A DNA stretch of 62,693 nt, filler included, from Sphacelaria rigidula (lineage: Eukaryota), in the NCBI GenBank assembly GCA_964200075.2. It is 8 parts of 8 records of this genome, joined end to end, with 100 filler letters (N's around TTAATTAATTAA, not from the genome) between each part and the next. Parts side by side here need not be neighbours in the genome. Positions count along the whole stretch, not along the records: positions 23,550 to 31,298 come from CAXNAA020013578.1; positions 31,399 to 39,147 come from CAXNAA020013579.1; 6 more parts are not named here. One strand, written 5' to 3'. Below are positions 23,631 to 35,467 of the stretch, one piece after another; within the stretch, counting starts at the first letter, position 1, and each line of letters starts with the position of its first letter. Under the pieces are notes generated by a model that saw only the letters and a program-made list of their open reading frames with translations, was not told the DNA's origin and ran no database searches. The translations under genes were made by a program, and so were the position numbers.

Positions 23631-24048
23631 CAGTGGATTCTCGAAAATGGGGTTGGAAAAAAAATTAGGTTCAACCCAAAAGGCGTGCTTTCCCTGACCT
23701 AAATTCATGACAAATGGCTTTCATGCCGACGACCTCATCCTTCTCGACCTCCCTAAAACTATTTCGGGGAATTTCTGGCCTTCCGTTCCCCCAAAGGGTA
23801 TGTGCGAGAGCACGACTTTCGGGCGAAAAAACGTCCTTTCTTCACTCCGAAATCGAGGCAAAAGTGTGCTTACGCACATATCCTTTGGGGGAACGGAAGG
23901 CCAGAAATCCCCCGAAATACTACATGGGTTGTCGGGAGGGATGAGATCGTTCGTATGAGAGTCGTTTGTCATGATTTTAGGTCAGGGAAAGCACGGCTTT
24001 TGAGTTGAACCTCATTTTGTTTTTAACCCCATTTTCGAGAATTTACTG
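23631..24048. mobile_element. Foldback MITE (~190-bp inverted arms)
   Basis: cagtggattctcgaaaatgggg ... ccccattttcgagaatttactg, with arms pairing almost to the centre. Confidence 0.85.
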
Positions 24049-24288
24049 TTAATATTTTGTTTTTTCCTCGCTTGCACTCGAGATACGATCTAGCGATGAC
24101 AAAAATACACCGCGTTGAAAGAGGGACATAGATGTAGTAAGAGAGGATCAAAGCGCTCGCGCGCAAGACAGAAGGTGAGGTGAGGATGGGCTATGGGGTG
24201 GGGTGAGGCGGTGTTCTTTTGGTCGGTTCTTGTCTCTTCATGGAAATCGGAACTCAAGCTTGGGCCAGAGATAGATAGAGCCGCAGAT

Positions 24289-24319
<31 letters not shown>

Positions 24320-24872
24320 CGGAACCGGCGACCCACCTTTTCAACAACAACATAAACAATCTTGTCCTGCAATTTGAAAGTACCAGCGCGCTGAGTTCGC
24401 AACGTCCCTTCTTCCACCGAAGTCCGAAGACCACAGAGTGCACAAAACACCTCCGCTCCCGCGCCTCCGCGCTCCCCCCCCCCCCCCCGTCTTATGACCA
24501 TGGCATGCATGATCATGAGTACACCCGTCATTCCCGTTTGGTGGCGGTTTATCTGAACATTGGGGGCGAGAGGGGAGTTCTAGACAGTTTGACATTTCCA
24601 ATATCACAAATCTAGATGTGTCACGAAATACGTCCTTGAACCGCATGAATCTCAACGATACACATGAAAACTCGCGAGAAAAAAAGAAGGATTTCAGCGA
24701 TATGCTCACTTGAAATACTTCTCCAAAAGTTCTGGCACGTACCGCGGGTAAGAGAATTTTGGCTGGGTCAAAATCGTCAAAACTTCGCCTCCTCGCCTCC
24801 ACCCCTCCCGCGCGCGCTACCGTTGGCGCACGCGCTTTCCTTCTCCCCATCGCCGCCCCGATGGCGGGCCAG

Positions 24873-25083
24873 ACAAGAGGTCGTCCAGCAAGGAGATCAC
24901 ATCATCCGCCTGCTGCAAGAACGCCTGATTGAGTCAGCAGCGGCCGACGGGGACCCCGAAGCGTTTCTGGATCTCCCGAAGACCAGAGAGGTCGTGCGGG
25001 CTGGATTCTCGGTGCTGGACAAGGGACATGACGATCATCTCGGGGGATGGGCTGGAGGAAGGGGTGGCATGAAATTTCCCCAG
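24873..25083 (+). CDS. SPATA20: Exon of SPATA20/YyaL-like protein (...DKGHDDHLGGWAGGRGGMKFPQ)
   Basis: cag|...|gtgagt. Ends in KFPQ and joins in frame to PSRMN, matching the family GGFGxAPKFPxP region. The acceptor position is less certain. Confidence 0.8.
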
Positions 25084-25239
25084 GTGAGTGGGGTGCTGAT
25101 GATTCACGAAGGGGGGGGGGTTGCGTACGGGGGTCCACCGGGCAATCATATGAGAGGGGGGGCGAGGTACTCCGTTGCTATGCGTGCAGACTAATGTTTT
25201 CACGATGTGTTGTTATTCAGTTTTGTTTCAGTACGGTAG

Positions 25240-25375
25240 ATGGGTGCTGTCGCCCTAGGAAGGCAGGTGCATGCGTACCGGGGAGAGATCGGTTGATGAT
25301 CCCTTGAGACCACGGACTCGTCCCGAGAAAGGGAGAGGGGTTCAAAGTGCGACAAATAAATGATGAATGAATAAA
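25240..25375 (+). mobile_element. SINE family 2, 3' fragment with (atga)n tail
   Basis: Matches the reverse complement of ~21165-21260. Confidence 0.7.
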
Positions 25376-27719
25376 ACGGAAAAAATAATCCACATGTTGC
25401 AACAACAGTATAACTCGTGTATCGCTCCTTTGGTTGTGTTGTGTTTTCACCCGGGTTCTCATGTGTCGAGCGGTTGACGATGATGGTGCTATGATGAATG
25501 CAACAAGGTGGCTTCCTCGCGCAGAACGCCCCCGAAACAGAACAGTTGTGACGGCGGGAGGGGCCGCGGCCATCGATACGCCGGAGCTGGTGGATGAAAC
25601 CGTTAACACCACGCTCATGGTCTTGGAGTCACAAAAAGACAAGCGTGGAAGGGCCACCAAGAAAGTATTTGAAAGCAAATTCATTAAACCGAATTGTATG
25701 CTGAGTTTTCTAAAAAAACAAATCAATCACCTGGGTTGCAATCTGCATGAAACTTCAGAACAAGAGTTGTAGTGTTGTCCACAGATTCTGGAAACACATA
25801 TGGATACACGTCTGAAAGAAGGAAGTAGGAACAGTACTCCGTCTCGAAAGGAATGCGTGGTCAATGGTCAAACGGCTAAGGTAAGCACCAAATGAGTACG
25901 TCCCCCCCCCCCAAAGAAGATGTACTTTATTAACTGCGTTTCACGCGCTGTTGTACGTAGTGATGAAAAATTGCCTCGGGTGCACAGTGTTCTCTGTAGT
26001 TGTGGACCCTCACCGCTAGAAGATGGGCGTGATTGATGATGGGATATTTTCATCCGGGAATGAGGGTTTGCTTAAATAATGGAAGCACATGCAGCTCCAC
26101 ATAACTCGGCAGATGTCAGTGCTCTCCGTACTTGTTGTGTCCGACATCTGCTTACGCCGTGTATCATCAGTTCGGTAGTGCGGGTTGAATCGTTACATGA
26201 ACAAGTGTCCCCTTGGTAAGCTGAGACGAGACTCCAGTGGAAGGTGCCGGCCTCGACACGAGATACAGAGCACCATACATAGCCGCTGCGCTGCCCTGTG
26301 ATGCCGCGTAGACTGTGAGCAACTTACAGTCAGCAGTGAGGCTCACTCCCGACTGCTGTGTGTCGGCGTCGACACGAGATACGGAGCAACATACATCACC
26401 GCTATGCCGCCCTGTGATGTCGCGTAGACTTTTACGTAACCTACAGTCAACCGTGGTACTCAATCCCGAATGCGTTTGGCGAGCCCATCGTGTGCTTTTG
26501 ATTTTTGCCTTCTACTTGTTGCGTTCACGTACATGCCCTTGTGCAAGCGGCCGTTGGGCATTTGAAAGCAGCCTCAGGCCTGCGCTGCGGAGCAGCAGCG
26601 CATGGGTAACATCACATAGTACTCTCTTGAGTTGGATCGTCGATCTGCTGTGCTGTATTGGGGGAGGGGCACCTAGCGGCTCCACATTTATTGGGTCGGC
26701 CATCTATTTGTGGAGCTCACAGTCGGTGGAGCCAGTTCTATGATATCGGCTGAAGAGAGTTGAATAAACAACCCCTATATCGCAGCGATCTCTACAGTCA
26801 GTACCTTACTGTGCGGGCTTGAATGAGGCGCACCCGAGAGCTTCGCTGTTCGCAAGTTCATTGCGCAGGTCGATTTTTGTCGTCCTTATCATGCTAGATC
26901 TACGCACATGCAATGCTCTTGTTTTTGCTCGCGGCCGTCAAGGATCTAAATGTCGTACTATAGGTCTCTACCGCGAGGCGGAAGCGGCCTATCAACAACA
27001 TCAATGCTCACTTGAGTCGGGCTTGTTTGCCTGCTGTGCTATACATTGAGAAAGGGGCAGCTGGCGGCTCGAAAGTTCCTGTGCTGGCGCCCTGTATATA
27101 TTTGGCGGGGCTCGCCGTAGAGTTGGTACAGGCAGTGGTACTTGTACATGAGTTTTGAGCAGATGAATAAAACAACCTCTACGACGCAGCAACTGTACAG
27201 TCAATAACGTTTTGTGTGGATGACGGAGAGGTGAATAAAAGCAGTCAGCGCTGCGCGTAAAACTGCGTCGCTGTTTCCACGGCTGATTCCTCGAACCGCA
27301 CGACCGAGCCATCAACGGGTCTGTCACGACACCACATGCGTAGTACACGCGGTACATGTGTCATTATATTATTTTCGGAGGCTGTCTCTGTCGCGAATAG
27401 AGTCGTGTCGGGACTCAAATCATTTCCGGCCACCAACAATGTTGAGTATGTTTGGCCTGGTCTGGAAATAGAGATTATGTCAAGGTTCTGAGCAAAAACA
27501 GTCCATACACGCGAGATGACATCCCGGGAGTTGATTCCGAACAAGATCCTCGCCCGATTCTAGTTGCTTGCGTACGTGAGCGATGGTGGTGATAAAAATA
27601 TCACCCTAGGCTCAGCATGTCCTGTGGCACTCACAGACACATCCTGTCCGACAGAGAAACAGAGAGGAGCCGGTTTTTACGTTTTTGCGGGGGCGGTGAA
27701 GCTCAGGCACACGAACCCA

Positions 27720-28104
27720 CGGTGTGTGCGTGTGTTTCTGTGTGTGTTGTCATCCCATTTATTCTGGACGCCAGTCTACAGATTTCGGTTTTTGTTTGGG
27801 CTATCAGCTGGGGTCACGCAGGAGGAAGGCCAACACAGGAGCTTTTATTTTTATATTTTGTTTTAGTTCTCCACCTTCCATCTGCGGTGCTTGCCTTTTT
27901 TTTATATAGCGAGAGGGGGTTCAGCAGTCCCTTTCTCTCGTCTACCGTGAAGTCAAACTTCGTGTACCCGCGATATAGTCGCTCTCCACTGTTGGGTATG
28001 GTGTGGGGAAAAATCCCAGATCGTATGACTCCACCGAGATTCGAACCCATGACCCAACCGTCAGAAGATTTCGAGATTACCAACTGAGCCACCGCGGCGA
28101 CCGG
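27720..28104 (-). mobile_element. tRNA-derived SINE family 1, near full length
   Basis: Minus strand has A box TGGCTCAGTTGG (28091-28080), B box GGTTCGAATC (28047-28038) and a CA-rich tail. Other copies at 18176-18480 and 36130-36340. Confidence 0.85.
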
Positions 28105-28736
28105 CAGTGCACGGTGGACATCAAAGATTGTCGTTCGAATGATACTTTTACTTTTCTAGTTTGGTCACCTCGCCAATAGTTCATAGCGTCGACCGCTGCG
28201 AGGGATTTCGTGCCTTGCTTGTGCTTGTCAGAGTACCGCAATCGAGGTTTACCCCGCAAAATGTGGAAGGGAGTACTGTGGATCGATTTGCGCATTTTGC
28301 CGCTTTTCTCAAATTGGCCCCGAGGGCAAGGAAAAAAAAAGAAGACCTGAAGGTTCCGCGTGTTGCACAATACAAAAATTGTTTGTAGCGTAATTATATA
28401 TTTCCCCAGATCGCTAACATAGGTGTAGAGAAACGCTGTGTATTTTGTACCTCATCACTCTCACTTGGAGCCACTCAACCGACCGCCTCTGTTTTCCTAT
28501 CTCTCACGCTTACCTGTCTGCCTGCTTGCCTCAATGTGCTCATGCTTCCGTGTCTCCCCCCCCCCCCCCCTCCCCTCTTCTCTCTCCACCCTTTTTTTTC
28601 TCCCGACACCGTGGACACGTGAATCGTTGCCTGTTGCCCATGGATTCCCGTCACTCTCTTGCTTGCCTTGCCGCCTGTTTTCTCTTCCTACTGTGTAAAC
28701 CATTGTACTTGATTCATCGCCAACAACAAAAATCAG

Positions 28737-28885
28737 CCGAGCAGAATGAATCTGCTGCTGCGCGCTTATTACCTGGAAGGAGCGGAAAGTGAAGTGGGAA
28801 AGCGGGCGTTGGGCATGGTGGAAACGACACTGCAGAACATGGCGCGCGGCGGAATCTACGACCACATTTTCGACGGTTTCGCAAG
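28737..28885 (+). CDS. SPATA20: Exon of SPATA20/YyaL-like protein (PSRMNLLLRA...TLQNMARGGIYDHIFDGFAR)
   Basis: cag|...|gt. TLxxMARGGIYDH family motif. Phase 2 matches the next exon. Confidence 0.92.
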
Positions 28886-29447
28886 GTTTTTTTTCTATTT
28901 TTTTTTTCTCTTCGTACGGCCGCACCGACACTCTCTTTGTGTTCCGTTTCGTCCTAATACGACGATCGCATTTTCTGATAGTCAGTTGTAGGAGGTTTGA
29001 TCGTGCTGCCGCACTACCAGTACTAATCCCTCCCTCGTCTATGATGATCACTCATCGACGGTTTTACAAATACGCTTTTTTTTTCCTTCTTGTCGCCTGT
29101 GTTGTCGAACTGCTCCTTTTCATTCCCTGATCTCGCCTGTGATCATGTCCTACGTCGTATTTTACATGTTCGCAAGATTTTCTTGCACTGTATGTAGCGT
29201 GTAGCAACGTCCCGCTTTCGGTGTTTTTCTTGTATTGATGATGATCCCACAATCCCACGATTTTGCCAATTCGGCAAACTCTTCCATCGTACTGTCGAAC
29301 TATGTTTTTTTTTCATTCCCTTTTCGTGTGGTGGGTTTCACAGTGGCTTCATCCGTGGTGTAGTAACAACATGTGCTGCTTGTGTGTGTTTGTTCGTCTG
29401 GCAAGTTGAAATCAAAAGTTGGCCGTCAATGTACCCGCAATGAGGCC

Positions 29448-29484
<37 letters not shown>

Positions 29485-29959
29485 CACTGAGGCGACACAC
29501 TATCGCTGTATGCCCACTCCAGTTCAGAGACCTGCTTCCACGCCGTGCCCCTCCCCTCCTTCCCTACAGGCGATATTCTTGTAGGTGCACAGAGACCATT
29601 ATTCGTTATACTTTGCATACCCCTCGCCCGAGGGTTCTCGGTATGCCTTCGTTGGGGTTTAGGGTCAGGGTCGGTTACGGTTAAGGTTATAGTTATACTT
29701 ATACTTATAGTTTATTAGCTTCGCTGCCGCAAGGTCACGATGATTCTTGCTTGCTTCCGTGTGACCCACTCGTGCCGCCTGTTGGAGTATGACGGGGAGA
29801 CGACGGGGAGGCGGGAAGGAGACGAGGGCGTATCGGCCGCGGGATGACACGTATTTCGTTCCTATACTTACGGTTGTCTCATGTTGCCGCTGCCGCTGTC
29901 ACGTTTTTGACTGCCGCTGCTGCTGCCATTGTTGCTCTTGTCTTTGTTGCTGTCCACAG

Positions 29960-30053
29960 GTACTCCACGGATCCCAGATGGCACGTGCCCCACTTCGAAA
30001 AGATGCTCTACGATCAGAGTCAGCTGGTAACATCTTACGTGGAAGCGTACCAG
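29960..30053 (+). CDS. SPATA20: Exon of SPATA20/YyaL-like protein ([31 protein letters not shown])
   Basis: cag|...|gtgaca. Hallmark [13 protein letters not shown] motif. Confidence 0.95.
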
Positions 30054-30795
30054 GTGACACAGTATAAAAATTTTGCTCTTCACACGCTGCCAATGTTAAC
30101 ACCACGATGCTTCCCCCAACGAAATGGGCAGAGTTAGACGGTGGACCTTTTTCTCTGTGGCTTACTGTAACACTTCGACAACAAACATGTCCCGCACTAC
30201 TGTAGCGATTCCTTGCGGTGGGGGGGGTCATCGGCGTTTTTGTTGCGACCGTTGGGTCCTAGCGACGGTGAAGAAATGCCGGAGACTCGCTACCGTGCGC
30301 CTCAAGTGTTATCCGAACCGAATTGACACACGCACGACACGCACACACACACATGGTCGGCATAATGTATCGATGTGGATAATGCTAATACGGTAGTTGA
30401 TCGGTGTAACGTATCGATGTTGACAATGTTACTACAAAAGTTCTTGAAACTTCGAACAGTAATAATCGCCAGGGGCATATTCCGGAAGTGGACGGGTGGG
30501 TGTACCCATGATCTTGGATGGGGAAGGGGGGAGGAGAGGAGGGAGGGGCGTACAATACTCACTTTTTGCTTGCCTTCGTCGTTTGGCCATTGTCCACACA
30601 TCCCTTTCGAGACGGAGCACCGTTCCACCGTGCAGGGGGGCGATGGGGGGGGGGGGGGGGGTCTCCGTTTTCCATGAACCCACAGCTTGGTTCGGTACTG
30701 TCATATAAATCCGACACAATGGCGATGGAACATAATCATAACGAATAAGTTAACGACCGAACTCGAAAATTGAGAACAAAAATGAAAATACACAG

Positions 30796-30939
30796 GTGAC
30801 CGGCAATCCTGTCTACGCAGACGTGGCGAGAGGCGTGCTGCGATATGTGCTGAGGGACATGACCCACGCGGAGGGCGGATTCTACAGTGCTGAGGATGCC
30901 GATTCATTTCCGTTCGAAGGAGCAGCTCAGAAAAAGGAG
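30796..30939 (+). CDS. SPATA20: Exon of SPATA20/YyaL-like protein (VTGNPVYADVARGVLRYVLRDMTHAEGGFYSAEDADS...KKE)
   Basis: cag|...|gtgtga, 144 nt. Hallmark GGFYSAEDADS motif. The gene continues beyond the contig. Confidence 0.93.
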
Positions 30940-31645
30940 GTGTGACTGATGGTTGCAGCAAAATTGACCGTGATTTTTTTTTCTCCTCTTGATTGACTGA
31001 TTGATTGGTTAGTTAGGTGGCTACGTGATTAGTTGGTTGTCGCACAGTATCTAACCCGTGGTGAATGAAATAGTCTTTCCACGGAAGCTCCACCTCGAAA
31101 CCGGCCAAAAACCTTAATGCGAAGAAAATGGTCCTACAGCGCCTGATGTTTGGTTTCAGGCTGTATAATGCGCCTCATAGAGACGACATTGCGAGAACGA
31201 ACCCAAGCATGGCAGTTCCCAGCTGCTCGTTGTGCTCGTTTTTTTTCCAATTCGATTTACTTGTGGATTTTGCCCTACTCTTTCCCCCCCTCCCCCCCNN
31301 NNNNNNNNNNNNNNNNNNNNNNNNNNNNNNNNNNNNNNNNNNTTAATTAATTAANNNNNNNNNNNNNNNNNNNNNNNNNNNNNNNNNNNNNNNNNNNNTC
31401 TTCCCATCCGGCTTCCAACTTGTGCTGCGTTGCCCCTCATTTTTCCTTTTTCCCCCCCCCCCCCCTCCCCCCCCACTCATGCTTCGCCCATATTGAGCCT
31501 TTACTAAAAGTGAGGGGATGATTCTCGGCCTGCAGTTGCGAGGACTCCGCGCTGTACGTTTAGTCCTGTGGTGGTTGAGAACAGTAACTCAAGCTCGACG
31601 TTGTCGTCGTCATCCTTGTCGTCCTTGTTGTCGTTATCATTGCAG

Positions 31646-31834
31646 TCGACGATCAGGATCCGCGCAGGGACTTTCTGGCGGGGGGCAACAGGGGACGGCG
31701 GCCGCCTCGGTGGCTGCGGCGGGAGCGGGGTTGCGACGAAGTTCGAACATGTCCGCTTCGTCGTCTGTAGTCGGGGGAGAGGTCGCAAAGGACGCGCCCA
31801 TCGCCTTTGTGGCAATCGTGACGTTCGACCTAAA
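31646..31834 (+). CDS. Exon of AVL9/DENN-type (uDENN) protein (...APIAFVAIVTFDLK)
   Basis: Strong gtgagt donor. The terminal AA joins G of the next exon to give VTFDLKQGP. The 5' boundary is uncertain. Confidence 0.6.
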
Positions 31835-32523
31835 GTGAGTGAGCCATGTCGGGTTCTACGCCGTTGACGTATGCAATGTGCCATCTAAGGTTATCGTGGC
31901 GTATGTTGTAAAGGGAGGAAAGGAGAGCACATGCATGGATCGGGGGGGGGGGAGGGGAGGGGAGGGGTACTCACGGATCAGTGACCTCCAACACAGGGAG
32001 TACTCTACTAATGGTACTATTTTGATTTGCTGATATATTAAGAGAACGCGATGCTGGTGCGTAGAAGCAAGTGGCGCCGAATATTAAATTACGGGCGATG
32101 TGTTGTGGGTTGAGTGAGATCGTTCCTCCCCGGTTGATATTGTGGGGGGAGGAGGGTGAGGTATTTTCCCCTTTTGGGACATTTGGCACGATTTTCGGCC
32201 CCTCAAACAGGGAATGTCGCCATCGCACGTCTCGGACACTTTGCATCACCCCACCGAGAGGAGTCAAGCCCCAATTTCCTGATTCTCTTGGCTCCAAGGT
32301 TTCGAGAATGGTCTCTGAACGAAATACGGCAGGACGAGGAAATGCGATCTCAGGCCGCTCCTTACAGTATGGCAAACAAGAAAAAATCCTCTCAAAATGC
32401 TTGTCGTTGGCGCCCTAAAAGAGAGCTAGGCGGGGGTGGATACCTTGGAGTGACGTGCTCTTTGGTTCCAAGAAATGTTCGCGTTTTCGGTGATCGCAGT
32501 ATATGTGTGGGCAACATACAAAA

Positions 32524-33020
32524 AAGGGCATACCCTCATGTTTTTGGAGCGAGGATGGGTAACGTATTTCTGGTTTGGGCACGGCGTTGCATGCGGGCTC
32601 AACACCTCGGAAACATGTTCCAACGTCTCAGCCCCACGCACAATGTGGGAGTCTCGGCAGTACACCCAACCATTCTTTTTGTGTTTTCACACGTGGTCTT
32701 GGGGTCTTAGGCTTAACTACGACGCGGAAAAGGAGAGCCTGTGAGAGATCATCTAAAGCAAAGAGTAGGGTGCGCCCTCCTGGTTTGCATACGAAAGAGG
32801 GTACTCTCACAGGCTCTCCTTTTTCGCGTCGTAGTCAAGACTAATACCGCGTGTGAAAACACAAAAAAATGGTTGGGCATGCTGCCCAAACTCCCTCCTT
32901 GTGCGTGGGGCTGAGACGCTGGAACATGTTTTCGAGGTATTGAGCCCGCATGCAACGCCGTGCCCCAACCCGAAGAAGGCGTCACCCATTCTCGCTCCAA
33001 AAACATGAGGGTATACCCTT
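32524..33020. mobile_element. Foldback MITE (~220-bp arms, 56-nt loop)
   Basis: aagggcataccctcatgtttttggagcgag ... ctcgctccaaaaacatgagggtataccctt. Arms are 32524-32747 and 32804-33020. Confidence 0.88.
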
Positions 33021-33243
33021 ATTTGTGTGCTGTCCTTTTTTTCTCGCCAAGCTCACATTTTTGTTCAAGAGCGGTCAAGATCGGTCAAGATCGGTCAAAT
33101 CTAGAGAAAAAAAACTGGTTTTTTCCGTAAACTTGATCTTCGCCGGACAAGAGTACTTCTTTGCCAAAAAAAAAACTGCGACCACCGGAAAACGTGAGCA
33201 TGTCCTCGAACCGTCTCAACGACTAGAGCAAGTAACTCCAAGG

Positions 33244-33502
33244 GAGTGATGCTGCGATAGGGTCTGCACTTTTGAGGCCAAAACCGGCCTGATTCAGGGG
33301 TTTCTAAAAATTAGGAACTGCACAAGAATATGGGTCAGGATATCCCCGTTTGTAAATTCATTCGGGGTATCCCTAGCAAATTGGAAGAAAAACCCTGGCG
33401 TACTCTCACCTATTTCGAAACTCGTGTTTTGGATGAGATAAAGGGTTCCTAACAATTCTACTCTCAGGCCGTAAAAGTGCTGACCCTATCGCAGCATCAC
33501 TC
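33244..33502. mobile_element. MITE with GAG...CTC termini and 4-bp TSD (Sola-like)
   Basis: TIR gagtgatgctgcgatagggtc / gaccctatcgcagcatcactc with AAGG on both flanks. A diverged second copy lies at ~34075-34326. Confidence 0.82.
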
Positions 33503-34533
33503 AAGGTGTCCAACTCCGCCCACCTCTCTTTCAGGGCGTAGAACGACGAAGAAGGACCTAAAAAGCATTTTACGGCATTTTGTCTTTTGCCATAAGGAGC
33601 GGCCTCAGCAGGTTTTTTTTGTTCAGCTGTATTTTTGTTCAGAGACCGTTCTCGAATTCTCGGAGCCGAGCAATTCGGGAAAGTGAACTAGACTCCTCTC
33701 AGTGGGGTGATGCGAAGTTTCCAAGACGTGGGATGGCGATATAACCTGTTTGGGGGGCCGAAAATCGTGTCAAATGTCCCAAAAATGGGAAGTACCCCCC
33801 CCCCCCTCCCATTCTCCGTCTCAAAAGGGATGCGTGGTCAATGGTCAAACGACTAGGGCAAGCAACAAATGAGTACGCATCCCCCCCCCCCCCCTTTCCC
33901 AAATACCAACCGTAAGAAACAGTCTGAGTACAACTTCGTTATGCGTAGGGACCAGCATCTAAAATTTTGATTATATAATACTAGTGAGTGGAAGTAACTG
34001 TATGTGCTTGAAAGCTTGAAGAGGGCGTATTTTGTGCGCGTGATCTCGCCGCTCACTTTTCCTGTTACGTTCGAGCAATGCTACGGAAAGTGAGCACTTT
34101 TTGCGCAAAATCTTGTCTGATTCAGGGGCTCCTAACGATTCCAGATACACAAGAATATGGGTCAGAGCATCGCCGTTTGCAAAATTATTCGGGATATTCG
34201 CAGCACATTGGAATAGTAATCCTGGCGTACTCTCACATATTTCATAAGTCGTGTTTTGGATGGGACAAAGGACTCCCAACCATTCTAACCTCAGAATGTT
34301 AGTGCACCCCTATCGTAGCATCACCCGTCCATCACTCCAAGTAACATCCTTTTGGGCCGTTGGTCGTTTGGAAACGCAACCATTCGTGCATTCCCCGTTC
34401 ACAATAGACTCAGTCAGGAGCGTGTATATCAGTGTTATCCCCACAACCTGCAGGAAGACATGTGCAGACAAAATATCGATCTACATTGCCGTTTTTCTTC
34501 TTCTTTTTTCAATTTTTTTGTGGCCTTCCATAG

Positions 34534-34669
34534 GCAGGGACCCTGCCTAGTATGCGTGGAGCCATCAATAGAAGATTCAGAGGGACGACCGCTGCTTCCG
34601 CTAACAGCGACAGACATCCGCGCCATGAGGACGGATATGCCCTTCAAGGCCTTGCCGGAGAATGGAATG
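34534..34669 (+). CDS. Exon of AVL9/DENN-type protein (QGPCLVCVEP...DMPFKALPENGM)
   Basis: tag|...|gtaaaa with a pyrimidine tract. PFxALP resembles the AVL9 PFLALPDG motif. Confidence 0.65.
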
Positions 34670-35467
34670 GTAAAAGTGTTGCATCTATTTTTTTTCAGAT
34701 CACTTGAGCACCAGACGTCTGGTTGCAATAATATCATCGGCTGATCTTCCTTCGACGCCGGCCACCCCGACGCAAAAGCTGAGTAGCTTCTCCTGTGTCA
34801 GCGAGGATCACACCCGATGACCGGTGTACCGTGCATTCCGGGGTCTCCTAAGCCGTAACTCGTGCATTATATTTTTTATTTTACTCATTGTTTATCTGGA
34901 TCACAGTATCTGTTTTTTCAACAGTTTATTTTCTGCGCCACCCGTTTTGCCTCTCCCTGTCTTCAAGGGGGTGTGACGGCAAACGAAGTTGTCAACACTC
35001 TATTCTCATGGTGTGTATCCCATTCATCCTGTCCATCAAGTGCCCCAAATGAAACCCATCAATTCTACCAAGCGAGTAAATTAAAGTAGGACACATCCCC
35101 ACCTGATACATTCCCCTGGCAAGACGAGGGTGAAGCGGGAGGGTAGTGAAACGAACCTGGGTCATGATCCAAATCACAGGTCTCGTGAGGGAGGGGTTGG
35201 TGAAGTCATTTTCCAGTAGACTTTGTTCCGAAAAACAACGTGTGTGTTTGTGTTCGTGTGTAGAAGTGTCAATGCGTTGTGCACTGAACTATTGAGCTAT
35301 CTCTCCATGTTTTCGTCTGGGGGAAAAAATAGTTGGCAGCCTTGTATCTCGATATCTGCACTCAATCCTGTGACAGGAATACGGCAGAGATCTCCCCCAA
35401 CCCCCCTCTCCTCCCATCTTCCGCTTCGCCCGTCGCTGGGTGCATACCTTGTTGTTCATGAAAACAG

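Larger units (their letters stand above)
32150..33800. mobile_element. Large nested inverted-repeat structure (outer arms ~32150-32500 and ~33175-33800)
   Basis: The arms are diverged reverse complements. The right arm is interrupted by the MITE at 33244-33502. Confidence 0.75.

Noticed and set aside
28030..28104. tRNA gene (also 21385-21460)
   Set aside because: A and B boxes are present, but I found no convincing acceptor or anticodon stems, and both are fused to dispersed repeat bodies. They are SINE heads.
29041..29130. Intronic box C/D snoRNA (ATGATGA...CTGA)
   Set aside because: No terminal stem, T-rich low-complexity interior and no recognisable guide.
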